A stretch of 64,000 nt of DNA. Source: Oscillospiraceae bacterium (GTDB taxonomy: Bacteria > Bacillota > Clostridia > Oscillospirales > Ruminococcaceae). Of the stretch, positions 9,443-18,915 are shown one piece after another. Location of the stretch: positions 2,330 to 66,329 of the forward strand of contig WRGW01000112.1 in assembly GCA_009786985.1 (NCBI GenBank), in the 5' to 3' direction. The position numbers were made by a program, and so were the translations under genes. Below the pieces are notes generated by a model. That model saw only the letters and a program-made list of their open reading frames with translations, ran no database searches and was not told the origin of the DNA. Each line of letters opens with the position of its first letter. The first letter of the stretch is position 1.

Positions 9443-10369
9443 TTATCCAGCACAGTCTTCTCCTGACTTAATTACATTTCCACCGCCGACTTTTTCGACG
9501 AAGATTTCGTGTAAGCTGGGTTCTCTAAGCTCAAACTTTACAAGAGTTATTCCGGCATTTACGATTTTGCCAAGAAGCTCTTGTGCTTGAGATTCAGATT
9601 TTGTTTTAAAATCAATTCCGTTCGGTGTTTGCGAAAGTGGTTCAAGCCCACATTCTTTTGCAAACGGCAGGATATTAGCATCAGCCTTAACCGACAAGTT
9701 TACTCGTCCATATCCTTTTTTGATTTCGTTTAGATTTCCTTGTAACACAACATCGCCACGGTTCATGATTACGATGTTTTCGCAAAATTCTTCCACCGTT
9801 GACATTTGATGGCTCGACATAATTACAAATTTGTTTCTAGCGATTTGTTCACGAATCACTTCTTTAAATAAATCGGCGTTTACAGGGTCTAATCCAGACA
9901 TAGGCTCGTCAAGAATCAATAGTTCAGGGTCAGAAATAAGTGCCGCCGCTAGCTGGACTTTTTGCTGATTTCCTTTAGAGAGCTGGTCGGCACGCTTCTT
10001 GCGATGTTCGTCCGCTTTGAGGCGTTCGAGCCAATAATCAATCGCAGTTGTAGCAGCTTTTTTCTTAACGCCTTTTAGTTCTGCAAAATGATGGAGTTGC
10101 TCGACTATGTTATATTTGGGATACAACCCACGTTCTTCGGCGAGGTAACCGATTTTTTCGTTTACAACATCAAGAGGGCGACCGTTCCAAGTCACCGTGC
10201 CAGATTCTTTGGCGAGCATTCCGAGTATAACCCGAATAGCTGTAGTTTTACCCGCACCATTTGTTCCGAGAAGTGCAAATACACCGGGGCGTTCAATCGA
10301 GAACGACAGGTGTTTGATTGCATAATAATCGCCATATTTTTTTCGCACATTTTCTACGTGTAGTGACAT
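9443..10369 (-). CDS. ABC transporter ATP-binding protein (NatA/YhaQ-like)
   Basis: GTNGAGKTT, LSKGNQQK, ILDEP motifs. Confidence 0.92.
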   Translation of the reverse strand: MSLHVENVRKKYGDYYAIKHLSFSIERPGVFALLGTNGAGKTTAIRVILGMLAKESGTVTWNGRPLDVVNEKIGYLAEERGLYPKYNIVEQLHHFAELKGVKKKAATTAIDYWLERLKADEHRKKRADQLSKGNQQKVQLAAALISDPELLILDEPMSGLDPVNADLFKEVIREQIARNKFVIMSSHQMSTVEEFCENIVIMNRGDVVLQGNLNEIKKGYGRVNLSVKADANILPFAKECGLEPLSQTPNGIDFKTKSESQAQELLGKIVNAGITLVKFELREPSLHEIFVEKVGGGNVIKSGEDCAG

Positions 10370-10393
10370 ATTTTCTCCTTCATATATAGCCGT

Positions 10394-10576
10394 TCAGTTT
10401 TTTTCACGTGTTTTTTTGTATCTCTCAAGTACTTTATTAACTTCTTCAATATCTTCTTTTTCCATGCGTGCTTCGGCAATTGCAATTTGTAAATTTATAT
10501 CTTCAGGAAAATGTTTTGCGATTAATAGTGCCATTAACGTATCTTTTTCTCCGTGCCTTGTATCAACTTGTGCCAT
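10394..10576 (-). CDS. Small hypothetical protein (60 aa)
   Basis: GGAGG RBS before ATG 10576; own minus-strand promoter-like TTGACA near 10760-10765; no family recognised. Confidence 0.6.
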   Translation of the reverse strand: MAQVDTRHGEKDTLMALLIAKHFPEDINLQIAIAEARMEKEDIEEVNKVLERYKKTREKN

Positions 10577-10615
10577 GTTTGTTTCCTCCATAAATAGAAT
10601 TTAATACCGCCCAAC

Positions 10616-10722
10616 TGTTTCGGTTGTCTGCCATAGGCAGACGAGAAACAGGGGCATTTTGAGCAACGAAAGTCACGAGCGGCTTTGCCGTGAGTGTGTA
10701 AGACTTTCGTTGCGGAGTAATA
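10616..10722 (+). repeat. Two-module palindromic repeat (TGTTTC-GTCTGC hairpin + GAAAGTC/GACTTTC hairpin)
   Basis: First module recurs at 10843-10894 (inverted) and 56753-56803; second recurs at 16251-16317 and partly at 24016-24041. Confidence 0.85.
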
Positions 10723-10802
10723 TTTCTTTATACATTAGTCTACCATATTAAGTTCATTTTGTCAATACTTTTCAAAAAATAGCGAATAAATCATCACAAA
10801 TC

Positions 10803-10831
10803 TTGACATTGGGGGTGAAAAGTGATATAAT
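10803..10831 (+). promoter_or_regulatory. SigA-type promoter for the amidohydrolase operon
   Basis: TTGACA-17 nt-TATAAT, perfect consensus. Confidence 0.8.
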
Positions 10832-10842
10832 AGTCAAATAGT

Positions 10843-10945
10843 ATTGCTCAAAAAGTACCTGTTTTTCGTCTGCTGATAGCAGACAACCGAAACATTTGTA
10901 CAATATTAAGCCTTGCAAAACGCAAGCGTTTTGTTGCGGTTTAAT
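10843..10945 (-). repeat. Inverted copy of the TGTTTC-GTCTGC hairpin module plus a repeat tail
   Basis: CCTGTTTTTCGTCTGCTGATAGCAGACAACCGAAACA is the reverse complement of the 10616-10652 motif with few changes. Confidence 0.85.
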
Positions 10946-10970
10946 ATAATAATATAAGGAAATAGAATAA

Positions 10971-12221
10971 ATGAAAATAAAATTATATAACGCAAGAATC
11001 ATGCAAAAAGATTTGTCTATTACAAGTGCCGAATTATTTATAGATAACGGTGTAATCGTATCAAGTTTTGATGACAGCGATGCGGACGAACTAATCGATT
11101 GTGGCGGGAATTTACTCACCCCAAGTTTTAAGAACGCACACACACATTCAGCGATGACTTTTTTACGTTCGCGTGCTGACGACCTCCCACTACAAGAATG
11201 GTTATTTGAACAGATTTTTCCGCAGGAAGCTAAATTAAACGCCGAACACATCTACGCCTTCACAAAACTTGCGATTTTAGAATACCTCTCTGGCGGAATC
11301 ACTGCCGCTTTTGATATGTACTTTGAACCTGAAGCCGTTTCAACGGCAGCAAAAGATATGGGTTTTAGACTGACTATGTGCGGCTCTGCTAATAATTTTG
11401 GAACTACTCCGGACAAGATGTTTAGCTTTTACCAAAAGTTCAAAAACAGCCATGAATTTATTGACTATAAGCTGGGTTTTCATGCTGAATACACAAATTC
11501 AATTGAGAACATGAAAGCGATTGCTGAAATGGCGAGGGAATATAAAGCACCAGTCTACACCCATATGTCAGAAACGCTTAGAGAACATGAGGAATGTATC
11601 GAACGTCATGGCAAAACTCCAGCGGCACTATTCGCCGAACTTGGGCTGTGGGAACATGGGGGAGGGGCGTTTCACGCTGTCCATGTTAGCGATGAAGACA
11701 TCAAACTTATGGCAAATCACGGTGTATGGGCGGTTAGCAACCCTGGTTCTAATTTAAAGTTGGCATCGGGCATAGCTCCGCTTTGTAAAATGCAGGAGGC
11801 GGGTGTGAAAATCGCTCTCGGAACAGATGGAGCTGCGAGCAATAATGCACTTTCTATGTTCCGTGAAATGCACTTTGCTTGCACGACACAAAAGCACTTC
11901 TGTAATGATGCTGCTGCTTGTTCTGCATTAAACGCATTAGAATGGGCAACATCTGGTTCGGCAAAAGCTATGGGGCTAGAAAATTGTGACACTCTTGAAG
12001 TCGGCAAAAAAGCCGATATAATTATGCTTGATTTGAACCGCCCGTCAATGCGTCCGCTCAATAACATCGCAAAAAATCTTGTCTATTCTGGCGATACAAG
12101 TTGTGTGAAAATGACTATAGTAAACGGCATAATTCGATATAAAGACGGCGATTTTTTTGTCGGCGAAAGTGCTACAAAAATCATCGAAAATGCTGAAAAG
12201 TTGATGAAAGATTTTGAGTAA
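10971..12221 (+). CDS. Amidohydrolase, MTA/SAH deaminase family
   Basis: NAHTH, FHAEY, THMSET, FHAVH, LGTDGAASNN metal-binding motifs. Confidence 0.85.
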   Translation: MKIKLYNARIMQKDLSITSAELFIDNGVIVSSFDDSDADELIDCGGNLLTPSFKNAHTHSAMTFLRSRADDLPLQEWLFEQIFPQEAKLNAEHIYAFTKLAILEYLSGGITAAFDMYFEPEAVSTAAKDMGFRLTMCGSANNFGTTPDKMFSFYQKFKNSHEFIDYKLGFHAEYTNSIENMKAIAEMAREYKAPVYTHMSETLREHEECIERHGKTPAALFAELGLWEHGGGAFHAVHVSDEDIKLMANHGVWAVSNPGSNLKLASGIAPLCKMQEAGVKIALGTDGAASNNALSMFREMHFACTTQKHFCNDAAACSALNALEWATSGSAKAMGLENCDTLEVGKKADIIMLDLNRPSMRPLNNIAKNLVYSGDTSCVKMTIVNGIIRYKDGDFFVGESATKIIENAEKLMKDFE

Positions 12222-12222
12222 T

Positions 12223-13437
12223 ATGGTATTACCAAGTCATGTGCAAGCGACTATAAACACTCTCGAACAATCGGGGCATGAAGCGTTTGTAGTCGGTGGA
12301 TGTGTTCGTGATTCGCTCTTAGGGCTTACTCCATATGATTATGATGTTACGACATCAGCTACCCCTGAAGAAATGAAAGCTGTGTTCACACCAGAAGCTG
12401 GTTTTAGAACGCACGACACTGGAATCAAGCACGGCACGATTACAGTAATTTCAAATTCACCAGACCAATCACCACCAATAGAAGTCACCACTTTTAGGAT
12501 TGATGGCGAATATAGCGACACTCGTCGCCCCGATACGGTTGAGTTCACACGCAATCTTAAAGAGGATTTGAGCCGTCGAGATTTCACTGTAAATGCAATG
12601 GCGTATTCGGGCAAAACAGGAATTGTTGATTGTTTTGATGGTAGAAAAGATTTAGCATTAAAACTAATCCGTGCAGTCGGCGAATCACACCAACGCTTCA
12701 CCGAAGACGGACTTAGAATTTTACGTGCATTACGCTTTGCAGCGGTATATGATTTTACGCTCGAACCTAAAACCGCTATCGCCGCACGTGAATTAAAAAG
12801 CCTCCTCCAAAAGATTTCGAGTGAACGAATCATGCAAGAGTTAAACAAGCTCATTTGTGGAAACAGTGCGGGTATAATCATTGAAAATTATGCTGATATA
12901 TTCGGGGAGTTTATTCCGCAAATCGTCGATTTAAGCAAAGCTACACTCATAAAATTAAATCAGCAGTTATCTAATAAAAAAGCATCAAATGACCGAATAG
13001 TAAGGCTTTCGTTTTTACTTGCACATCTTGGAGAAATGGGTGCTAATCAGGCTTTGCGGAAACTGAATTCGGACAACAATACTCGACGGAGTGTTGTGAT
13101 GCTAATAAAACATCATGGTATGCCACCAATCCCGCTTTGCAAAAAAACAATTAAGTTAATGTTTTTTGAATATGGTGTTGAAACTTTTTTTCGGATAGCA
13201 CATATTAGAAGAAGCGATGAAGTGGCATCAATGGCAACAAAAGTGATTGCAGATGAAGAGTGTTATTCTCTAAAACAACTTGCGATTAGTGGTAGTGATT
13301 TAATCGAGCTAAAAATCGACGGATTAGAGGGTGCGAAAATAGGTGAAGTTCTGAAATCATTGCTTCTTGCAGTTATAAACGAAGAGTGTGAGAATACACG
13401 TGAAAAATTATTGGAGTTAGTTCAAAAAATGAAGTAA
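12223..13437 (+). CDS. cca: tRNA nucleotidyltransferase (CCA-adding enzyme)
   Basis: VGGCVRD, DYDVTT, RRDFTVNAMA, EDGLRILRALRF. Confidence 0.9.
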   Translation: MVLPSHVQATINTLEQSGHEAFVVGGCVRDSLLGLTPYDYDVTTSATPEEMKAVFTPEAGFRTHDTGIKHGTITVISNSPDQSPPIEVTTFRIDGEYSDTRRPDTVEFTRNLKEDLSRRDFTVNAMAYSGKTGIVDCFDGRKDLALKLIRAVGESHQRFTEDGLRILRALRFAAVYDFTLEPKTAIAARELKSLLQKISSERIMQELNKLICGNSAGIIIENYADIFGEFIPQIVDLSKATLIKLNQQLSNKKASNDRIVRLSFLLAHLGEMGANQALRKLNSDNNTRRSVVMLIKHHGMPPIPLCKKTIKLMFFEYGVETFFRIAHIRRSDEVASMATKVIADEECYSLKQLAISGSDLIELKIDGLEGAKIGEVLKSLLLAVINEECENTREKLLELVQKMK

Positions 13438-13462
13438 TATAGGAAGGGCACGGTCATAGTAT

Positions 13463-14479
13463 ATGTCAAACATGGATATAGGAATTGACCTTGGTACAGC
13501 CAATGTCATCATAACTTTAGGTGGCGAAATCATTGTAAATGAACCCACCGTAGTGGCGTATAACAAAAAGAAAAATGCAGTAATTGCAGTCGGTGATGAG
13601 GCGTATAAAATGCTCGGAAGGACACCAGATTATATCGTGGCAGTTCGACCGCTAAAAGGCGGGGTAATTTCTGACCATGATATGACTATGCTTATGATTA
13701 AAGAATTTATTCATAAAGCGAGCCGTAATCTTATGGTGAAACCACAAATCATCATTTGTGTTCCATCGTCTGTTACTGATGTAGAAAGTCGTGCAGTAGT
13801 CGAAGCGGCATTGGCGGCTGGTGCCCGAAAAGTCTTTTTAATCAAAGAACCGATTGCGGCTTTACTCGGTGCGGGGGTAGACATTACCGAAGCGTCTGGC
13901 ACGATGGTGGTTGATATAGGTGGCGGAACTTCTGACGTAGCAGTGGTGTCGTTTAACGGAATTGTGTGTGACGCATCAGTCAAGATGGCTGGAAATAAGT
14001 TCGACCAAGCAATTATTCGACATTTTGTGAATAAAGATAAAATTTTAATTGGCGAAAAATCAGCCGATGCCGCTAAACGTGCAATCGGTTGCGTGTTTGA
14101 ACCAGAGGCAAGCACGACCATGACGATTAAGGGGCGAAATCTAATGAAAGGTTTACCTCAAGCACTTGAAGTCAATCAAGTTGAAATGTTTGATGCTTTG
14201 TATCCTTGTGCAATGGAGATTGTTGCAAAAATTAAAAGTGTTTTAGAAATCTCTCCCCCGGAGCTTGTTGGCGATATTCTCACCAACGGGATTGTTTTGA
14301 CTGGTGGGGGTGCGATGTTGGGTGGTTTAGATAAGTTGATTGCTGAGCATACAAAAGCTCCATGTCGATTGGCTGACCGCCCTCTTGAATGTGTGGCACT
14401 CGGTGTCGCCAAAGCGTTTGAATGTTCCGACTCTCTCTTAGACGGGTTTGAAAAAGTGAGTGTCTATAAATACAAGTGA
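13463..14479 (+). CDS. MreB/Mbl-like actin homolog
   Basis: IDLGTAN, EPIAAL, DIGGGTSD, LTGGGA. Confidence 0.92.
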   Translation: MSNMDIGIDLGTANVIITLGGEIIVNEPTVVAYNKKKNAVIAVGDEAYKMLGRTPDYIVAVRPLKGGVISDHDMTMLMIKEFIHKASRNLMVKPQIIICVPSSVTDVESRAVVEAALAAGARKVFLIKEPIAALLGAGVDITEASGTMVVDIGGGTSDVAVVSFNGIVCDASVKMAGNKFDQAIIRHFVNKDKILIGEKSADAAKRAIGCVFEPEASTTMTIKGRNLMKGLPQALEVNQVEMFDALYPCAMEIVAKIKSVLEISPPELVGDILTNGIVLTGGGAMLGGLDKLIAEHTKAPCRLADRPLECVALGVAKAFECSDSLLDGFEKVSVYKYK

Positions 14480-14486
14480 GGTTTAA

Positions 14487-14647
14487 GAGCCTGTTCAAAA
14501 TTTCGCTCGCAGCGAAATTTTCGGTAAATTTTCCGTCATGCTGCGTTGAAATTTTCTTAAATATCAACGGATATTCGCAAAAATTCCGCCTTGTCTAACG
14601 AAAAATTTACTCGAAAATCTGCTCGTTTGGAGATATTGAACAGCCTC
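14487..14647. mobile_element. MITE-like non-autonomous element (161 bp)
   Basis: Terminal inverted repeats GAGCCTGTTCAA / TTGAACAGCCTC (11/12); internal core homologous to the reverse complement of 42808-42890; no ORF. Confidence 0.7.
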
Positions 14648-14661
14648 TAAGTAAAATTATA

Positions 14662-15363
14662 ATGAAAATATTAATCACATCGGGGGGGACTTTTGAGAAA
14701 ATCGATTCCGTCCGAAAAATTACTAACATGGCGTCTGGCAGACTTGGGGCGTTAATTGCAGATGAGTTCGCTAAGTGCGGGGAGAGTTCTCCGCAAATCT
14801 TTTATGTATGCGGCGAAAGTGCAATCAAACCCACCGCATCTGGTGTTGATATAATCGAAATCAGTTCGGTTAAAGACCTTCTCTACGAACTCACCGTGCT
14901 TTTTGAAAAGCACAAGTTCGATGCAGTAATCCACGCAATGGCGGTGAGCGATTATACTGTACAGAAAGTCATCCAACCTGACGGAACTGGTTATGAATCT
15001 TCTGAAATCACCTCCGAAAATCTTCGAGAAAACAAAATCAGTTCAGAACTTGATGAACTTATAATTGTGATGAAAAAAACCCCTAAAATCATCCGTATGA
15101 TTAAAACAGTACAGCCCGATACGGTATTAGTAGGATTCAAGCTACTCTCTGGAGTCACCGATGACGAGCTTCGTCTTGCTGGCTACAATCTGCTGGTTAA
15201 AAATAATTGTGATTTTGTATTAGCGAACGATTTAACACAAATCGAAGGTGCCAACCATCGTGGGCTTTTGATAGCTCCTGACTCTAATTACACCAGCTTT
15301 TCTACTAAGCAAGAAATCGCTTGTGGGATTGTTTCGAGCGTTCTAAAAAGCATACAAAATTGA
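14662..15363 (+). CDS. coaB: Phosphopantothenate--cysteine ligase (stand-alone CoaB)
   Basis: ILITSGGTFEKIDSVRKITNMASGRLG, HAMAVSDY, LVGFKL, VLANDL; no CoaC domain. Confidence 0.88.
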   Translation: MKILITSGGTFEKIDSVRKITNMASGRLGALIADEFAKCGESSPQIFYVCGESAIKPTASGVDIIEISSVKDLLYELTVLFEKHKFDAVIHAMAVSDYTVQKVIQPDGTGYESSEITSENLRENKISSELDELIIVMKKTPKIIRMIKTVQPDTVLVGFKLLSGVTDDELRLAGYNLLVKNNCDFVLANDLTQIEGANHRGLLIAPDSNYTSFSTKQEIACGIVSSVLKSIQN

Positions 15364-15398
15364 AAAATCTACTCGTTTTGTAGATATTGAACAGGCTC
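15361..15398. mobile_element. Second right end of the 14487 MITE
   Basis: GAAAAATCTACTCGTTTTGTAGATATTGAACAGGCTC matches 14613-14647; last 12 nt are a perfect inverse of the left TIR; followed by TTAA. Confidence 0.75.
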
Positions 15399-15502
15399 TT
15401 AATAGATACTCTAATAAAAATATATTGTAAATTCACTTGACAAAATCATATATTTGTATTAAAATAGATATAAAAGAAGTCAAATTAAAAGGAGAATCGA
15501 AA

Positions 15503-16150
15503 ATGAAACTATTTATTGATACGGCGAATATCGCCGACATTAAGCGTGCTAATGATATGGGCGTGATTTGCGGTGTAACCACAAACCCATCTCTGATTGC
15601 AAAAGAAGGTAGGGATTTTAAGACAGTAGTAAAAGAAATCACTGAAATGGTAGATGGTCCTATTTCTGCGGAAGTAATTTCGCTCGAAGCTGATAAAATG
15701 GTTGAAGAGGCGTTGCCGCTCGCAAAAATCCACAAAAATGTTGTAATCAAGCTCCCTATGAACGAAGAAGGACTTAAAGCCTGCAAAATCCTCACCGATA
15801 AGGGCATTGATACTAACGTAACTTTAATCTTTTCTGCGGCACAAGCACTCCTCGCTGCAAAAGCTGGCGCGACTTACGTAAGCCCGTTCCTTGGAAGACT
15901 TGACGATATCGGAACGCGTGGTATGGAACTAATAGAAGAAATTGTCGATATTTTTGATGTGCAAGGGCTTGAATGCGAAATCATTGCAGCGTCAATCAGA
16001 AACCCTATTCATGTTACTAGGGCGGCTCGATTTGGTTGCCATATCGCTACAATTCCGCCTAATGTAATCTGGCAAATGTTAGAACATCCTCTTACCGAGT
16101 CTGGAATTGAAAGATTCTTAAAAGACTGGGAAGGTTTTGAAAATAAATAG
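15503..16150 (+). CDS. Transaldolase / fructose-6-phosphate aldolase family
   Basis: [35 protein letters not shown]; GGAG RBS. Confidence 0.93.
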   Translation: MKLFIDTANIADIKRANDMGVICGVTTNPSLIAKEGRDFKTVVKEITEMVDGPISAEVISLEADKMVEEALPLAKIHKNVVIKLPMNEEGLKACKILTDKGIDTNVTLIFSAAQALLAAKAGATYVSPFLGRLDDIGTRGMELIEEIVDIFDVQGLECEIIAASIRNPIHVTRAARFGCHIATIPPNVIWQMLEHPLTESGIERFLKDWEGFENK

Positions 16151-16180
16151 AAAACGTTCTCCCAATTAAAATATTAATTC

Positions 16181-16317
16181 GCACGATTAGTCGTGACGAA
16201 TTAATCGGCTAGTTGCGGCGGTTATTTTCGCAGAAAATGAGCCGCAGAGCCATTTTGAGTGCGAAAAGTCCCGAGCGGCTTTGCCGTGAGAGCTAAGACT
16301 TTTCGTGCGGGTTAATA
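16181..16317 (+). repeat. Structured repeat in the glyA leader
   Basis: 16251-16317 CATTTTGAG..GAAAAGTC.CGAGCGGCTTTGCCGTGAG...TAAGACTTTTCGTGCGGGTTAATA matches 10655-10722. Confidence 0.8.
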
Positions 16318-16349
16318 TTACGAATTTTTTGAAAATAGGAGTAACCATA

Positions 16350-17606
16350 ATGTATAAAGACCTACAAGATTCAATCGGGTATGTAACAACAGTTGATAAA
16401 GAAATCGGCGACGCTATGAACGCCGAACTTTCTCGACAAAGGCGTAACTTAGAACTAATCGCCAGTGAGAATATAGTTAGCCCAGCGGTAATGGCGGCTA
16501 TGGGGAGCGTTCTTACAAACAAATATGCAGAAGGCTACCCCGGCAAGCGTTACTATGGAGGCTGTGAATGCGTTGACGTAGTGGAGAGCATTGCAATCGA
16601 ACGTGCAAAAAAACTGTTCGGTTCTAATTTCGCAAACGTTCAAGCGCACTCGGGTTCGCAAGCGAATATGGCGGCTTATTTTGCACTCTTAGAACATGGC
16701 GACACAGTCATGGGTATGAACTTAGACCACGGCGGGCACCTCACCCACGGATTGCCAGTCAACATTTCTGGTAAGTATTTCAACTTTGTAGCATATGGGG
16801 TTGAAGATGATACTCAAATGCTTAATTATGACAAAATCGAAGAAATCGCTAAAAACTGTAAGCCGAAAATGCTTGTTGCAGGAGCCACTGCGTATACTCG
16901 TGAAATTGACTTCAAACGCTTACGTCAAATTGCTGATTTGGTTGATGCTTATCTAGTGGTAGATATGGCACACATCGCTGGGCTTGTTGCAACTGGTGAG
17001 CATATGTCGCCGATTCCTTACGCTCATGTGACTACTACTACTACTCATAAAACCTTACGCGGACCAAGGGGTGGTGCAATTTTTACGAACGATGAAAAAA
17101 TCGCAACTAAAATCGACCGTGCGATTTTCCCAGGGACACAAGGTGGTCCTCTTATGCACGTGATTGCAGCAAAAGCGGTTTGTTTCGCTGAAGCTATGAA
17201 ACCTGAATTTAAGGCATACGGTGTTCAAGTCCGAAAAAATGCTGCTGCTCTAGCAACTGCTTTAATCGAGCGTGGAATCAATCTTGTATCTGGTGGAACT
17301 GATAATCACCTGTTATTAGTAGACCTGCAAAACTTTAATATTACGGGCAAAGTTTTTGAAAAACAGCTCGATGAAGTGTATATCACAGCTAATAAAAACA
17401 CAGTCCCTAATGACCCGCAATCTCCTTTTGTGACAAGCGGGCTAAGGCTTGGAACGCCAGCTGTAACCACACGTGGGCTTGTTGAAGCGGATATGGCGAT
17501 AATCGCTGAATGCTTGTCGTTAACCGCAAAAGATTTCGAGGGTAACGCTGACCAAGTACGCAAATTAGTGACTGAACTTTGCACTAAATATCCGTTGTAT
17601 GAATAG
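16350..17606 (+). CDS. glyA: Serine hydroxymethyltransferase
   Basis: [35 protein letters not shown]. Confidence 0.98.
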   Translation: MYKDLQDSIGYVTTVDKEIGDAMNAELSRQRRNLELIASENIVSPAVMAAMGSVLTNKYAEGYPGKRYYGGCECVDVVESIAIERAKKLFGSNFANVQAHSGSQANMAAYFALLEHGDTVMGMNLDHGGHLTHGLPVNISGKYFNFVAYGVEDDTQMLNYDKIEEIAKNCKPKMLVAGATAYTREIDFKRLRQIADLVDAYLVVDMAHIAGLVATGEHMSPIPYAHVTTTTTHKTLRGPRGGAIFTNDEKIATKIDRAIFPGTQGGPLMHVIAAKAVCFAEAMKPEFKAYGVQVRKNAAALATALIERGINLVSGGTDNHLLLVDLQNFNITGKVFEKQLDEVYITANKNTVPNDPQSPFVTSGLRLGTPAVTTRGLVEADMAIIAECLSLTAKDFEGNADQVRKLVTELCTKYPLYE

Positions 17607-17664
17607 GCTTCCACAGAAACTAATGTGAAAACAAAAGTGGGGGATTTCCCCCTACATAAGATTG

Positions 17665-17717
17665 AATGTTCGGTAACACCGCAGGGCGGAATATTACACA
17701 CCCGAACTTTCCAATAA
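17665..17717 (-). repeat. Cassette repeat copy 1 (minimal, 53 bp)
   Basis: Reverse complement TTATTGGAAAGTTCGGGTGTG...TGCGGTGTTACCGAACATT. Confidence 0.85.
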
Positions 17718-17740
17718 AAAAAATGAGGGATTAAATAAGT

Positions 17741-18895
17741 ATGACTAATATAAACACACGCCCATGTATAGCACCACTTGCTGTAGTAGCTCTTGAAAGT
17801 GCAAGAAACATGGGCAAGAAAATCGATAAGCATTTGATTGAATGGGTGAGCGAACATGGTTCGGCGAACCCAGAAGACGCTCCTAAAACTTTTTTGGTTA
17901 ATTCTGAATGTCCTAGGTTTTCGTCTGGTGATGCTAAAGGTGTGATTCGTAAATCAGTCCGTGGTAATGACCTTTTTCTTATTGTCGACGTAGGTAACTA
18001 TAGCTGTACTTATGAGATGTTTGGTAAGACAAACCAGATGTCTCCCGATGACCATTTTCAAGATTTGAAACGAATGATTCAAGCGTGTGGCGGTAAAGCA
18101 CAACGAGTAAACGTGATTATGCCGATTCTTTACGGCGGAAGACAGCATCGCAGAAACTTCCGTGAATCACTTGATTGTGCGGTCGCTTTGCAAGAACTCC
18201 AAGAAATGGGTGTTGAAAATATTATCACTTTTGACGCACATGACGCACGTGTCTGTAACGCTGTTCCATTGATGGGGTTTGATAACGTAATCCCATCATA
18301 TCAGGTACTAAAAACGCTATTCAAAAGCGTGGATGACCTTAAAATCAATGCTGATACATTTGCAGTAATCAGCCCTGATGAAGGTGCGTTACATCGAAAT
18401 ATGTACTATGCTTCCGTACTCGGAGTAGAACTCGGAATGTTCTATAAACGTCGTGATTATTCAAAGATTATCGATGGACGTAACCCGATTGTCGCACATG
18501 AATACCTCGGAAACTCAGTCGAAGGGAAAGATGTGTTTATCACTGATGATATCATTTCTTCTGGAGAATCTATGCTTGAAGTTGCGAGCGAACTCAAAAA
18601 AAGAAAAGCACGCCGTGTATTTGCATATGCGACATATCCAATTTTTACTGGAGGTCTTAGCGTGTTCGACCAAGCCCACAAAGATGGGTTGATTGACCAC
18701 GTGTTCGGAACTAACTTGACTTATCTTACACCAGAACTTTTAACACGTGACTGGTTTCATGAAGTTGATGTGTCTAAATACATCGCATACCTAATCGCCG
18801 CTTTGAACCATGGTGTTTCAATTAGCAAAGTTATTAACCCGCATGAAAAAGTTGCCGCTCTTTTAGAGCGATATGGCGTTAAGAAACAGGGATAA
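17741..18895 (+). CDS. prs: Ribose-phosphate pyrophosphokinase (clostridial long type)
   Basis: RFSSGDAKG, YGGRQHRR, FDAHD, SPDEG, DDIISSG. Confidence 0.93.
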   Translation: MTNINTRPCIAPLAVVALESARNMGKKIDKHLIEWVSEHGSANPEDAPKTFLVNSECPRFSSGDAKGVIRKSVRGNDLFLIVDVGNYSCTYEMFGKTNQMSPDDHFQDLKRMIQACGGKAQRVNVIMPILYGGRQHRRNFRESLDCAVALQELQEMGVENIITFDAHDARVCNAVPLMGFDNVIPSYQVLKTLFKSVDDLKINADTFAVISPDEGALHRNMYYASVLGVELGMFYKRRDYSKIIDGRNPIVAHEYLGNSVEGKDVFITDDIISSGESMLEVASELKKRKARRVFAYATYPIFTGGLSVFDQAHKDGLIDHVFGTNLTYLTPELLTRDWFHEVDVSKYIAYLIAALNHGVSISKVINPHEKVAALLERYGVKKQG

Positions 18896-18915
18896 AAAGT
18901 AACGGAGGACATATT

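Noticed and set aside
14280-14567. ORFs crossing repeats or MITEs (14280-14567, 10772-11251, 23716-23976, 50493-50776, 58365-58679, 58701-58901)
   Set aside because: They read through non-coding repeats, promoters or a tRNA; no coding features.
16181-16349. ZMP/ZTP or glycine riboswitch upstream of glyA
   Set aside because: Conserved riboswitch motifs not found by eye; the structured part matches dispersed repeats elsewhere in the window.
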